A DNA stretch of 64,000 nucleotides from Hemiscyllium ocellatum (GCF_020745735.1 NC_083417.1:64294001-64358000); one strand, 5' to 3'. Shown: positions 27,256 to 41,413, counted from the stretch's first letter. Numbers and translations: made by a program. The notes: generated by a model not told the origin, from the sequence alone.

Positions 27256-27899
27256 ATATATGAAGTGAGAGTAGACGAGGGGTATAGCAAAGGAGTATGA
27301 ACATGCTTACAGAAAGTTTGGATGTAGGGTACTGAGTTCTGTTTAAAGAAAAATGTTGCGTTTATCCATAGCTGTTTGGATTAGATAAAGTTAAAAGCTG
27401 ATACATTATTGACTCTTTTGGCTTATGTAACGTACCATCATGCTCAGAAAGCTCATGAGTTTCGGAAAAAGAATCATGAAGAGATGGAGAAGTTGAAAAA
27501 CAATTGCAGCAATTGCAGAAAGAATGAGAGATAAATGGTTTAAAGAGGCTGATTCATACTTTATTATTATGAGCAAAACAATCAGTTACTGCAATGCAAT
27601 AACAGAGTGATTCCAACTTGCAGGCTGAAACTGTTGTGGTTGAGATGTAGCAACTTAAAACTTGCTGAGCAAAACAAGATAGATGAGAGTCTCCCACAGG
27701 AGCAAAAGGTATCACAGAAAAATAAGCTCACACAGAAATGTATTATTTCTGTTTGAATTTAGGATGTTGGCAAAAAGGGAAATTTTGCAAACAACAGGAA
27801 TTTGTCACAGCCAAGACGAATGGAAGCAACGTCCTGTATCACAATAAGCGTATTTTTAGTTGATGTTTCTGATTCCAAATATAATTATTTCTGTACCTC

Positions 27900-28680
27900 T
27901 CACACCAACTATGGGAGTCATCCAGCCATCCCTACACCTACCAGCCTTTCCTTTCACCGGAATAGGAATATACATTCTCGGGATTCTCGTTATCTCATTT
28001 CTGAAGGTTTCCCAATTTCCAGCCATCCCTTTACCTGGGAACATCTGCCTTCAATCAGCTTTTGAAAGTTCTTGCCCAAACACCGTCAAAATTGGCCTTT
28101 CTACAATTTAGAACTTCAACTTGTGGATATTTTACCAACACTATTTTAAATCTAACAGAATTATGGTGGCTTGATCCAAAGTGCTGCCCCACTGACAACT
28201 CAGTCACCTGCCCTGCCTTATTTCCGAAGAGCAAGTCACGTTTTGCACACTCTCTAGCAGGTACACCGACATACTGAATCAGAAAATTTTCTTGTACACA
28301 CTTCACAAATTCCTTTCCATCTAAACCCTGAACATTGTGGTCGTCCCCTACCATAACTACCCTATTATTCATACAGATGGCTGAGCTCTCCTTACAAGTT
28401 TGCTTCTCAATTTCCCTCTGACTATTAGGAGGTCTGTAATACAATCCCAAGAAGGTGCTCATACCCTTCTTATTTCTCAGTTCCACCCAAATTACTTCCC
28501 TGGATGCATTTCCAGGAGTATGCTCCCACAACACAACTGTAATGCTATCCCTTATCTAAAACGCTAACCCCACTCCTCCTCTCTAGCCTTCCTTTCTATC
28601 CAACCTCTAGCATTTGTAACCTGGAACATTAAGCTACCAGTTCTGCCCATCCCTGAGTCATGTTAATAAAACTTGTAAAA
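27900..28680 (-). mobile_element. CR1 APE-region fragment
   Basis: GLYYRPPNSQREIEKQ remnant. Confidence 0.85.
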
Positions 28681-29419
28681 CCTTTATCCATGCACTCCAA
28701 TTTGATTGACTAATTTCACCTCTGGCACCTTATCAAAGGCCTTCTGAAACTCCAAAAACATCATATCCACTTGTTGTCCTTCATGCATGCCACTATACAA
28801 TCCTCAAAACACTCCAACAGCTTTTTCAAACGTGCTATGCCTATCATCATTCCATTGTGACAATGTTCTCTTGTACCATTTTTTTCTAATCTCCAGAGAT
28901 GACAAACAAATATATTAAATAGGAGAAGAAATAGATCATTCAGTTCTTTTGAATCATTAAATAATCAGTTTGTGCTTCAAATTCTGCATTCCATAATACT
29001 CCCATTTCCCTTTAATTCTTCTGCCTGAAGTCAATCCATCTATTTCTGTGTTAAGAATAGTCACTGATCTCACCTCCACCACCTTCTGACGGATACGAAA
29101 TTCCACAAACTTCTGAGACAAAGAAATTCTCTCATCTCTGGTTTGAAAAACAACCCCCAATTTTAAAGCAACATCCCTCGTTTCAGATTCCATCACAAGA
29201 GGAAACATCCCCTTCATATTCAACTTATCAAGAAAATGTGTGATCTATCCACCAAATGATGTCTACAGGGTCTCCTCTATCCAAAGCACGCATTACTCCT
29301 TCAAAGAATTCTGGAAAACTAATTACTCATGAGTTCTCTTTGATATTACCATTCTGACTCTTCCTGATGGCCAAGAATTTCTGTTCACAACTGTACAAGA
29401 CAATCATTGGCCTTATATG

Positions 29420-30120
29420 TCACCAAAGTATCTTGATGTGTGAAAAGAGGAATTAGAACAATGCTGCATAATGACACACAGTAAATTCAAGCACACTTTT
29501 CCATACTTCAGACAAAGGAAGTTTCCAAGCTGAAGGCAGTTTGGAACTTTTAACTGTCATATATTTTTGAGACAAGCTGCAAAAAAAGTTCAACCAGTAC
29601 TAATGCATCATTTCGAGTTTGCCATCATCTGGAAAAACAGAAGAAATTTAACAATTAATGCCTGTTTCACTGACTCTTTAGTCAAAGAGGTTTAGAACAA
29701 CTAATAATAATAATGACAATCTGCAGCATGTCAATTGTTGTTTCCACAATAGCAAGGAAAGTGGAATATTTGTCCAAAGACATCAATCGGCAACGACACA
29801 AGGACCTGAAGGACTGTAAATACTTCACATTACAATTCCATGAATCCATCACTATGACGGACTTATATCAACTCATCACTTTTTTGCACATGGTTTTTAA
29901 AGTCATAACAAGTAAAGACGATATTCTCAATATTTTGCCCAATGGAGAGAGAATAAGGAACGAGAATATTGATAACAAATTCAGAAAGTACAAGCTTGAG
30001 AAAATCATTCCAATCAATAAACCTGTTTCCATCTCAATGGATGGTGTGCCATCCAAACATGGCGCTTGTTGGATTTTGCAGATTTGTTCTTGATTTTGCT
30101 TCTTTTGTTGATTGTAACTG
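29420..30120 (+). mobile_element. hAT (Charlie/SPIN/GTF2IRD2-type) transposase remnant
   Basis: STIARKVEYLSKDI..DCKYFTLQFHES..YQL..VSISMDGVPS resembles the TVARRI..YFSLQLDESTD..AQL..ITTDGAP pattern. The catalytic motifs are decayed. Confidence 0.7.
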
Positions 30121-31439
30121 TGTATCACATTCAGCTCAGGTGGCTGGTTTGCATTGCAGAGTGATACCAACAGTCTGGATTCAATCACTGCACTGGCTGA
30201 GGTTACCAGGAAGGATTCTCCTCCACAACCTTCCCCTAGGCCCAAAGTGTGATGATCCTCAGGTAAAATCAGCACTAAATATCTCTCTATAAGGAAGGAG
30301 AAGACCTATGGGCTGTTAAGAATGCAATGATTTCTGTATATCACATTCAACTTAATATGAAATTCTTTCATATTATGACCACTATTTCTCAAAGGCCAGG
30401 TGATTAATTGAGTGCTTCTTCGTTACATAGTATTCAATCCAAAATAGGCCAAATCAGGGAGAGGAATATAAAAACCAGTTTTTTAACACAGTTTTGAGCA
30501 TGGGAAATCATCTCTCACAAATTTGATTTATCTATTTTAAGAAGTGACAAAAAAGACTGATGAGGGCAGAGTGGTGGTGGTTATGTATAGAGCTCTTCAG
30601 CAAGGCATTTAACATGGTTCCTCATACTACAATAGTAAGCAAGATTACTTCACATGGAACTCAGGGAGAGCTAGCCATGCAAATACACAATTGGCTTGAA
30701 GATAGAAGACAAAGGGTCATGGTGGAGAATTGTTTTTCAGACTGGAGGCCTGCGAGCAGTTGTGTGCTGCAAGGATTGGTGCTGGGTCCATTGCATTTTA
30801 TTATTTAAATGAATGATTTGGATGTGAATATAAAGTAATGAGCAGTAAGTCTGACAACGAAATTACTGGCATTTACAGTGAAAAAGGTTATAGTGGACCG
30901 TGAAGAAGATCATCTCCTTTTTGAAAGATTTTGAACTGCTAGGAGCAAAATCAGAAAGCAAAACGTCCATGTAACATTTACAAAACCAAACAAATGTGAA
31001 TGTTGGAATTTAGAAACAAAAGTAGAAGTTTCTGGATAAAAATCAGCGATTTACCTGCACTTCACTCAATCTAGTCAATTGTATTCATTGCTCACAATGT
31101 CTAACAATGAGGCATATTGGTGGCATATAGATAACTCCCATCCATGACTTCATTACAATGCTCTTTGTTGTTACCACTCAAACTGAATCCACTTCAGGAT
31201 GCATTTCATTGGAAATCTCACCTGTCACTATCACTCTGATATTTGCCTTTATTAAAACTGCCTCATCTCCTCTTCTAATTTGTCTATTCTTCGAGATCAT
31301 TGAATACCCTTGAATATAAAACACACAACACCGGTTATGATGTAAAAGGTTTATTTGCTCCTTCATCTGGCAGTTTTGGAGAAGGACCATAAGACTCAGA
31401 AAGCATGGCAAAAGGTTACAGTGTAATGCAACTGAAATG

Positions 31440-33135
31440 ACATCTTGAACCCACTTAGATTACTGTAAAATCTTTCAATTTTTAGAATGGGTTGCAGGTT
31501 TCGGTTCATTAGCATGTAACTCCCAGAACTTCTTGTAGGATAAATTCACGAAATAACTTAAGGTTTTATTTTTAGAAAGGTGATATCTCAGCTCAGACAA
31601 GGCATTAAAGATGTAACGTTAGAGTCTGTCTGCATGCTAATGTTGAGTCGGATTAGTTCTAGCTTATGAGATAGTCGACATTGGCCAAGTCACAAGAGTG
31701 CCTGCTGCATACATGGCAGATGGTGTCCCCACATGTAATGGTAGTATCTGTGTCGACATTCAGACACTTTGGCAGTGGTTGCCATGACAGAGTAGTACGG
31801 TGTTGTGGTCGATGTTGTTCTGAAAACTGGGCAGTTTGCTACGCACAATGATATGCTTTAGGTTTAGGGTTTGTTTAAGGTGTGAATTGGAGGCAAAAGG
31901 GAAGGTTTCGGTGAGGTGCTCATCCTCATCGAAAATGTTTTGCAAGCTGTGAAGAACATGGTGTAGTTTTCCCCCTCTGGGAAGTACTGGACAACGAAGG
32001 GTACCTTGCCAGTTGCATCCCATGTCTGTCTCTTGAGGAGGTCATTACAGTTTCTCACTGTGGCACGTCAGATCTAGCGATCAATGAGATGAGCATCTGT
32101 TCTTATGAGGGTACCCTTGAACACCTTCAGGCATCTGCCATGCTTCTCCTCATCTGTGCAGAACCTGTGTACCTGTTGGGCTTGTCAATAGAGGATGGTT
32201 GTTTAAATAGGGTGAATAGCTTCTAGGGTGGAAGCTGGACAAGTGTAACATCATGAGGCTATCCATGAGTTTGCAGTAGAATGAGATTCTGAGGTGCCCA
32301 CCTTTGATGAAGATGCATGTATCCAAGAATGAAACTCATGCTGAAGAGTAGTCCATGGTAACTCTGATGGAGGGATGAAACTCGTTGTAGTTGTTTCTGT
32401 GATAGCTTGCCATGGGTCCAGAGGATGTCATTATCATATCAGAAAATGGGACGAAGTCTGATTATGTCAAAGGCAACTTGAAATCCATTGTACTGGGGAC
32501 TCCAGCTCCAATTGCAACACTACAGATTTGTAACCGAAACTCAGCACCCACAGACGAGTCGAACCAGGAGCTTTGTGAGAGTATGTCACATGCACACAGT
32601 CACTTCTCTCTCCCTCGCTCGCTCGTGCACGTGCACACACATATAATTCTACATGGTGATGTTGCATTTGCAAAATTTTATTTGCAGATACTTTCCATTT
32701 TTCTCAAAGAAATCACAACTTGCATACAGTCAATGGAGACAGTCAATCTAGACCATACTTTGGAAGTGGAACCAGTCTGATTCAAGATTGGGATGCAGAT
32801 GGATCTTTATACCTTTAATGAATCGGCTGAATTGCGATATCCCCTTTTAAAAAAAAGGATATCTCGAGAATTTAACTTAAAATAAGTTCTGGAATTTACA
32901 TATGTATGAACTGAAACCTGAAACCATTCTAAATGATGAAAGACTTCAATGCAATCTGGATTTGCTCAAGATATCATTTTACTTGCATTACAATGCAACC
33001 TTAAGTTATAAATTCTGAGTCTAATGGTCTTGCTCCACAATTACCGGATGAAGGAGCAGTGCCCTGAAAGCTCGTGCTTCCAAATACAGCTAAACCTGTT
33101 GGATATAACCTGGTGTTGCGTGATTTTTAACTTTG
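31440..33135. mobile_element. Degenerate Penelope-like element with inverted ends
   Basis: PFVVQYFP RT-C-terminal remnant on the minus strand. About 31480-31560 is inverted relative to about 32880-32940. A decayed hammerhead-like tail is at about 33045-33130. Confidence 0.6.
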
Positions 33136-33689
33136 TCCACCCCAGTCCAATACTGGCTCCTCCACATCATAGCCTTGAATTTGGATTTGTCAAACTTGGA
33201 CACTCTGCAAGCACGTCCCTGTCAGGGCTATCAGCTCATTTTATGCTTTCAACATTTTTCTCTTCTTAGTTTAGCTTTCTGTTAACCTGCCTGATTGTCA
33301 GATTCATCAGCTATGGTAAAGTCCTCGCTAGAACTAAATCAGCTACTCATGTGTGAGTTCAAATTGGAATATGACTTCAAGTTGAAGATCCATTATCTGC
33401 TTTCATTCTATTTGACTTTACCGATGCATGTTGTCTGTTTTGTTGTCCTGTATCATTAATTTCATGGTCAACTTTTTCTTCCTTTTTTCAAGCTATCTGA
33501 AAATTTTCTTTTTCTAGGATTTTTTTAATGTGGTCATGAAGCTGCTGTCCACTGAAAATTCTGAAATTGTCCCAGTTGGCCAGATTATCGCATTCATCGC
33601 CACCTGCTGGATACCCTTTGCAATTGTGATTTTATTTTGGAGCTACAACGTTTGGTCAATATGTCAGACAGTCAGAGAGATGGACAGCA

Positions 33690-34760
33690 CAAAAACAGAT
33701 CTTTCTTTCCAACTCATCCATGCTGCCCAGATATCGCAAATTAATCTATTTCGACTTGCCAACGTTTGGCAAGTTCCACCAAATCCTTCCAGTTCATATA
33801 TCTATCTAGATGCCTTTTAAATGTTGTAATGGTACCAGTCTCCACCACTTGCTCTGGCAGCTCATTCCAGATATGCATTACCCCCTGCATGAAAAAACTG
33901 CCACTTAGGTCCCTGTTAAATATTCCCCCTCTCCCCTTTAATCTATGACTAACAGTTTTGAACTCCTCTACCTAGAGGAAAGGATCTTCACTATTCACCC
34001 TATCCAAGCTCCTCATGATTTTCCAAACTTCTATAAGGAAATCCCTCAGCCTCCAACGTCCCAGAGAAAGCAATCACAGTCTATTCGACTTTTTCTTTTA
34101 GCTCAAGCCCATCAACCCTGGCAACATCCTTCTGAATGTTTTCTGAACCATTTCACTTTTAACAAAGCTTGTCCTACAACATGGAGACCAGAACTCAATA
34201 TAGTATTCAACGATGCCAAACTTATGTCCCATAACTTCCAACTCTTATTCTCAATGAACTGACCAATAAATGCATGTGTACTAAACACGCTGTCTACCTG
34301 TGACTCCACTTTCAAGGAGCTACAAATCTTTGATCCAAGGTCACTCTTTTAGGGAATATTCTGCCAGGGCCAATACCATTAAGTATTTACATCCTGCCCT
34401 GATTTGCCATGACGAAAGATCGTAGCTCACATTTATCAAGAGTAAACTCCATCGGCCACACATCAGCTCATCGAGCCAACTGGTTAAGACTTCTTTGTAC
34501 TCTAAAGAAACCTTCTTGGCTGTCCACTACGCCATCACTTTGGTGTAATCTTCAAATGTACTAACTATGCCTTCTATATTCATATGCAAATCGTTTATAG
34601 GGATGCAGAAAAACACTGAACCCAACACCAATCACGGTGGCACAAAGCTGGTCGCAGGCCTCCAGTCTGAAATGAAAGCCTTCACCAGCATCATCTGTCT
34701 CCTACTTTCCAGTCCATTTTGTGTCCAAATGGCTAGTTCTTCCTGTATTCCATGTGTTAT
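33690..34760 (-). mobile_element. CR1 3' fragment
   Basis: KVESQVD and 3' UTR remnants. Confidence 0.8.
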
Positions 34761-34789
34761 AACCTTGTTACTTAACGTTGGCATGAACA

Positions 34790-35400
34790 TTTGTAGCTCA
34801 GGTGCTGTTTATTGTGGTTGTGGGTATGTTGACCGAGCTGGGAAGTTGATTTGCTAATGTTTCGGCCCCTGTCTCACTCACATATTCAGTGCTTTGGAGC
34901 CTCCTGTGAAACACTGCTGTATTGTGTCTTCCAGAATTTATTTGATTCCATTAATGCTGCTCCTGGATGCTGGTTACTATCGTTTGTTGACGTGGCCAGT
35001 TTATTTTGTCTGGAACTACGTGATTTTTGATGCTGTCTGTGAATGAGTGCCATGATTCCACAAATTCTCTGGTTGTCCTCTATTTAGCTTGTCCTATGGT
35101 CGTTGTGTTGTCCCAGTCGAATGGGTGGTACTTGTCATCTGTGTGTATGGCTACGAGGGACAGATGGTCATGGCATTTAGTGGCTAGTTGGTGTTCGTAG
35201 ATGTGAACTGCTAACTGTCTGCCTGTTTGTGTTAGATAGTGCTTCAGGCAATCGTTTCATGGAATGCTGTAAATTATGTGAGTCTTGTAGGTAATGGGCA
35301 TTGGGTCTTTTGTTCTGGTGAATTGTTGTCTGAGCGTGGCTATTAGATTATATGCTGCCATGAAACCAAGTGGTAGGACAAGTCTGGCTGTTAATTTTAG
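34790..35400 (-). mobile_element. Penelope-like GIY-YIG remnant
   Basis: Same family as 50643-51629 (ggagcctcctgtgaa and ttcgactgggacaacac motifs). Confidence 0.6.
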
Positions 35401-38400
35401 TGAGGCAGGAATAGGAGGATTGAGCAGATGACTGGATGGCTCAGGAGCTGGTGCATGGGAGACGGATTCTCATTTTTGGATCATTGGAGTCTCTTTAAGG
35501 ATAGAAGTGACCTGTACAAGAAGGACAGATTGAACGTATATTGAAACGGGACTAATACGCTGACAGGGAAATTTGCTAGTACTGCTTGGGAGTTCTAGTC
35601 ATGTGGTGTGTGGGGGGCGGGGGGAAGTAGGGAGATAGTGAGGAAAGAGATCGATCTGAGATGGGTACAGCTGAGAACAGAAGTGAGTCAAAAACTCAGG
35701 GCAGACAGGGACAAGGTATGACTAATAAATTAAACTGCATTTGTTTCAATGCTAGGGACCTCACAGGGAAGGCAGATGAACTCAGGGCATAGTTAGGAAC
35801 ATGAGACTGGGATATCATAGCAATTATGTAAACATCGCTCAGGGATGGACAGGACTGGCAGCTGAATGTTACGGGATACAAATGTTAGGAAGGAGAGAAA
35901 GGGAGTCAAGGGAGGAGGAGGAGTGGCATTTTTGATCAGGGAATAGCATTACAGCTGTGCTGAGCTGAGGGAGGATGTTTTCAGAAATACATCCAGGGAA
36001 GTTATTTGGGCGGAACTGAGAAATAAGAAAGTAATGATCACCTTTTTGGCATTGTATTATAAAGCCTCCAATAGTCAGAGGGAAATTGAGAAACAAACTT
36101 TTAAGGAGATCTCGGCTATCTGAAAGAATAATAGGGTAGTTATGGTCGGGGATTTTAACATTCCAAACATCGATTGGGACTGCCATAGTGTTAAGGGTTT
36201 AGATTGAGAGGAATTTCTTAAGTATGTACAAGACAATTTCCTTATTCAGAATGCTACGTATCTACTAGAGAAGGTGAAAAACTCGACCTACTCTTGGGAG
36301 CACTTTGTCAGTGGGGGAGCAGTTTGGGGCCAGCGACCTTAATTCTATTCGTTTAAAAATAGTGATGGAAAAGAATAGACCAGGTCTAAAAGTTGAAGTT
36401 CTAAATTGGAGAAAGGCCAATTTTCATGGTATTACACAAGAACTTTCGAAAGCTGATTGGAGGCAGATGTTCGCAGGTACAGGGACAGCTGGAAAATGGG
36501 AAGCCTTCAGTAATGAGATAACAAAAATCCAGAGAAAGGATATTCCTGTCAGGGTGAAAGGGAAGGCTGGTAGGTATAGGGAATGCTGGATGACTAAAGA
36601 AATTGAGGGTTTGTTTAAGAAAATGAAGGTAGCATATGTCAGGTACAGTGAATCCTTCGAAGGATAAAAAGGAAGGAGGAATATACTTCAGAGGGAAATT
36701 AGGAGGGCAAAACGGGGACATGAGATAGCTTTGGCAAATAGACTTAAGGAGAATCCAAAGGATTTTTACAAATATATTAAGAACAAAAGGGTAACTAGGG
36801 AGAGAATAGGTCTACTTAAAGATCAGCAAGGCAGCTTTTGTGTGGAGCCACAGAAAATTGGGAGATATTAAATGAACATTTTGCATCAGTATTTACTGTG
36901 GAAAAGGATATGGAAGTTATAGACTGTAGGGAAATAAATGGTGACATCTTGAAAAATGTCCAAATTGCAGAGGAGGCAGTGCTGGATGTCTTGAAAAGGT
37001 TAAAAGTGGATAACACCTCAGGACCTGATCAGGTGTACCCAACAACTCTGTGGGAATTAAGAGAAGTGATTGCTGGGCTTCCGACTGAGATATTTATATC
37101 ATTGATAGTCACACGTGAGGTACCGGAAGACTGATGGTTGGCAAATGTGGTGCCACTGTTTAAGAAGGGTGGTAAAGACAAGCCAGGGAACTATAGACCA
37201 GTGAGCCTGACCTCGTTGGTGGGCAAGTTGTTGGAGAGAATCCTGGGGGACAGGATGTACACGTATTTGGAAAGGCAAGGACTGACTAGTGATAGTCAAC
37301 ATGGCTTTGTGTGTGGGAAATCATGTCTCATAAATTTGATAGAGTTTTTTGAAGAAGTAACAAAGATGATTGCTGAAGGCAAAGCAGTAGATGTGATCTA
37401 TATGGACTTCAGTAATGCGTTCGACAAGGTTTCCCATGGGAGACTGATTAGCAAGGTGACGACATGGAATACAGGGAGAACTAGCCATTTGGATACAGAA
37501 CTGGCTCAAAGGTAGAAGACAGAGGGTGATGGTGGATGGTTGTTTTTCAGACTGGAGGTCTGTGATCAGTGGAGTTCCACAAGGATCGGTGTTGGGTCAT
37601 CTACGTTTTGTCATTTACATAACTGATTTGAATGTGAGTATAAGAGGTTCAGTTATTAAGTTTGCAGATGATACTAAAATTGGAGGTGTAGTGAACAGCG
37701 AAGACGGTTACCTCAGATTACAAAAGGATCAGGACCAGATGGGCCAATGGGCTGAGAAGTGGCAGACGGAGTTGAATTCAGATAAATGCGAGATGCTGCA
37801 TTTTTGGGAAAGCAAATACTAGCAGGACTTAAACACTTAATGGTAACGTCCTAGGGAGTGTTGCCGAACAAAGAGACCTTGGAGTGCAGGTTCATGGCTC
37901 CTTGAAAGTGGCGTTGTAGGTAGATAGGATAGTGAAGAAGGCGTTTGGTATGCTTTCCTTTCTTGGTCAGAGTATTGGATATAGGAGTTGAGAGGTCGTG
38001 TTGCTGCTGTACAGGACATTGGTTTGGCCACTATTGGAATATTGCGTGCAATTCTGTTCTCCTTCCTGTTGGAAAGATGCTGTGAAACGTGAAAGGGTTC
38101 ATAAATGACTTACAGATGTTGCCAGGGTTGGAAGATTTGAGCTTTAGGGACAGGCTCAACAGGTTCGGGCTGTTCTTCTTGGAACATCGGAGGCTAAGGG
38201 GTGACCTTATAGAAGTTAACTAGATTATGAGGGGCATGGATTGTGTAAATAGGCAAAGTCTTTTCCCTGGGGTCGGGGTGTCCTGAACTAGAGGGCACAG
38301 ATTTATTGTGAGAGGGAAAAGATAAAAAAGAGACAAAAGTGGCAACTTTTTCAGACAGCGGGCGATACGGGTATGGAATGAGCTGCCAGAGGAAGTGGTA

Positions 38401-38582
38401 GATGTTGGTACAATTGCAACATTTTAGAGGCATCTGGATGGTGATTTGAATACGAAGGGTTTGGAGGGATATGGGCTGGGAGCTGGCAGGTGGGACTAGA
38501 TTGGGTTGTGATATCTAGACAGCATGGACGGGTTGGACCAAAGTGTCTGTTTCCATGCTGTGCATCTCTATGACTCTATGAC
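35400..38582 (+). mobile_element. Near-full-length degenerate CR1
   Basis: ORF1 end, APE, NYRPVSLTS, DFSNAFD, FADD, and a TCTATGACTCTATGACT tail. Multiple stops. Confidence 0.92.
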
Positions 38583-40059
38583 TTTGTTTAGATATTGCAA
38601 CGAGAGATTGTTATTGAAAAATCTATTGTGAGGAAATAAAACACAATACCATTTCTATAGAGCTGTAATCGTTCTATTGAATGCTTCATAGCTTGAAGAA
38701 AAATACATTGGGTTTTACCATAGTAACTTTGAAGTAACAACAGTTTAGAAAAGATGAAAAGATGACATAAGTCGGTTTGATTGATTCTTTACTTAAAGGG
38801 TAGAGGAACTATAAATGCTAATCGCTGTTGGAAGCAGAATATGTGAAGAATTATTATAAATTCAAAATTGGAAACTGGTTGACGAAAGAGGATGGCTGAG
38901 ATGATTTGAAATATTCCTTAAAAATGTCAGGTCCCAGAATATATTTGATATTTTATGATTCCACACAGATAGATGTGAGCTCGGTTACTGTAATATTTGC
39001 AATAAGGACATGAGAGATTCAGGAGGTTGATGGACTATTACACAGACTGAACTGTCCATGATTTCATATCATTAACATAAACAAGACTGGCAATTACAAG
39101 ACAACAAAACAACACAGAACTCTATTCAGTAACCTCGGATTATAAAACAGGATATGCTGATTTGTAGTAGACAGTATGGCCTATAGACCAAACTTACATA
39201 TTTGTGTTTATGGTTCATGCACAAGAATGCCCAGATCCCTTGACTTTGCATTTTTTTTTATGTTGTGCTCATTTGATAAATGTACTTCCCACAACAGATA
39301 AATAATCTCACAATTTCTTACATTTAATTCAAAAGGGCAGATATGTGCTCATGCCTTTGACTAATCTAGATCCTTTCTAAGATTCCATAAGTCCTATTGC
39401 AACAGGTCCTCCCATTTTTTTTTGTGGCATCAGCAAATTTGGATACATTGCACTTCGCTCAATACCGGAAGAATCTTTAAAAATATTCTTCACTCAAGGT
39501 ATATGGACATCATTGATTGAATCAGCATTCGTTGCCCAATGCGAGCTGCCCTTGAAAACGTACTGGAAGCTTCCTTCTTTAACTGCTGTGGCCCATTTTA
39601 AGTACACTTTGAAAGTATTTTCTTTACAGTTTTTTGTTTCTTAATCCTGCAGAATAAAATGAGAAAGATTAGTTTTGAAACACAGAGATTGACTAGGATT
39701 ACTGCATCTTTAGCAAGGAAGGAATTTTAAGCCATGGGGTTGCTTACACGTGAAGCTGATTAGTTTGTGAACGAGAGACTATTCAATGACAAATGCCCTT
39801 CGCCTGCCAACCACAAGGGTATCGGCTGTCAGTCAGCACATAGGCTTCATCTGTGAGTCTGATCAAAAGAGAAACCAGCACAGCAGATGCAGACAGAAAC
39901 TTTGTCTCTCTATTCTCTGCAGTAGATCTCTTTTATCCAAAATAAATCGAGGCTGTCTTTACTTCAGAAGATGCTACAATTTGTGATTTTTAATTGGAGA
40001 GGATGAGTGACTCAACAGGTCACTTTGATACATGGAGACATTCAAGTGAGTGAATGAAG

Positions 40060-40330
40060 GAAAAATGTAGTACAAATAGGGCACAATATGATCAGGGGAA
40101 TAGAAACTGTTCTCTGCACCAAGAGGAAGAGACGCAAAAACTGTGCTGCCTATCCGATGGAAAGGTTAAAGACATTTCATTTGGAGTGGAACAAAACTTG
40201 CAGAGGGACGGGAAGGATCCAGGTGCTGATATTTATGCTGGAAGCAGTGACACTGATAGGACAAGAAAGAATGCTTTTTCTGAAATATTTTGAACAGTTA
40301 GGAGTTGATTAGAAATCAGTACCTCAATGT
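40060..40330 (+). mobile_element. CR1 ORF1 esterase remnant
   Basis: MIRGIETVLC and CCLSDGKVKDI resemble IVRGTD..CCLPGARVRD of the intact ORF1. Confidence 0.6.
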
Positions 40331-40698
40331 AACAACACAGAACCGCCGAGTAGTTGAACTCGATACTGAATCGGGAAGACTGCAGGTTCCCCAAGCTGAG
40401 AATGAAATGCCATTCTTCTAGCTTGCACTAACTTTCACTGGAGTGCTGCAACAAGCCTGCTTCAAAGATGTTGGCCTAAGAACACAATGGTAAATTGAAG
40501 TTGCAGGCAACACGGAGCTCAAGATCATTTTTTTGCAGATACAATGTAGGTGTTCTCTAAAGCGGTCCCCCAGTCTGAGCATGATCACTTGTATAGGCGT
40601 GTAAAAACTGAGGTCTGCAGATGCTGGAGATCACAGCTGAAAATGTGTTGCTGGTCAAAGCACAGCAGGCCAGGCAGCATCTCAGGAATAGAGAATTC

Positions 40699-40726
40699 GA
40701 CGTTTCGAGCATAAGCCCTTCATCAG
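40699..40726 (-). ncRNA. Minimal hammerhead ribozyme core in a Penelope-derived repeat (about 40600-40950)
   Basis: Minus strand CTGATGA-a-GGGC ttat GCTC-GAAA-C-GTC. Confidence 0.55.
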
Positions 40727-41224
40727 GAATGAGAGAGAGTAGCCAAGCAGGCTAAGATAAAAGGTAGGGAGGAGGGACTTGGGGGAGGGGCGATGGAGGT
40801 GAGATAGGTGGAAGGAGGTCAAGGTGAGCGTGATAGGCCAGAGTGGGGTGGGGGCGGAGAGGTCAGGAAGAAGATTGCTGGTTTGGAGGGCGGTGCTGTG
40901 TTGAGGGAACCGACTGAGACAAGGTGGGGGGAGGGGCAATGAGGAAACTGGATTCAGATTTCTCCAGTTTCCTCATTATGAATTCAGATTTCTCCAGTTT
41001 CCTCATTTCCAGAAGGCAGCCTTCTTTGGGATTATGGCACTTCTCCGGTTTCATTGGACTACTCAACGTTAGTGCAATATATGTCACCTTATTAGCGACA
41101 GCGTCTTGTGCGACCTGTAAAGGCAGCATTTAGAAATATTGTTGAAATAATATGGAACAGGATGTCTGCAAAGTGGTCATCAGAAGGACGTGGAAATGAT
41201 TTTCTGTATCTCACATGATCAATG

Positions 41225-41413
41225 TCAACTGAGGCAAAAAGCCTTCACTGACATCCTGAATCTCGATTTCACCTTAATAATGTAAATTCTTCTTTGTTTA
41301 TTCAGTTTTACCTCAGCGTATGTGCTTCTCTCTACTTCAAATATACGTCTTGGAGTTCTCTTGCCTCTGCTGAATTCTACCGCAGTGTATTGCACACCCT
41401 CCGACTGTGCTTC
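41225..41413 (-). CDS. IgSF receptor gene exon 6: cytoplasmic tail with ITIM (VQYTAV) and ITIM/ITSM-like motif (STYAEV)
   Basis: Acceptor tgtccctcgcAG|GAA, phase 0. Translation EAQSEGVQYTAVEFSRGKRTPRRIFEVERSTYAEVK.. runs to TGA at 41225-41227. Confidence 0.8.
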   Translation of the reverse strand, partial: EAQSEGVQYTAVEFSRGKRTPRRIFEVERSTYAEVKLNKQRRIYIIKVKSRFRMSVKAFCLS

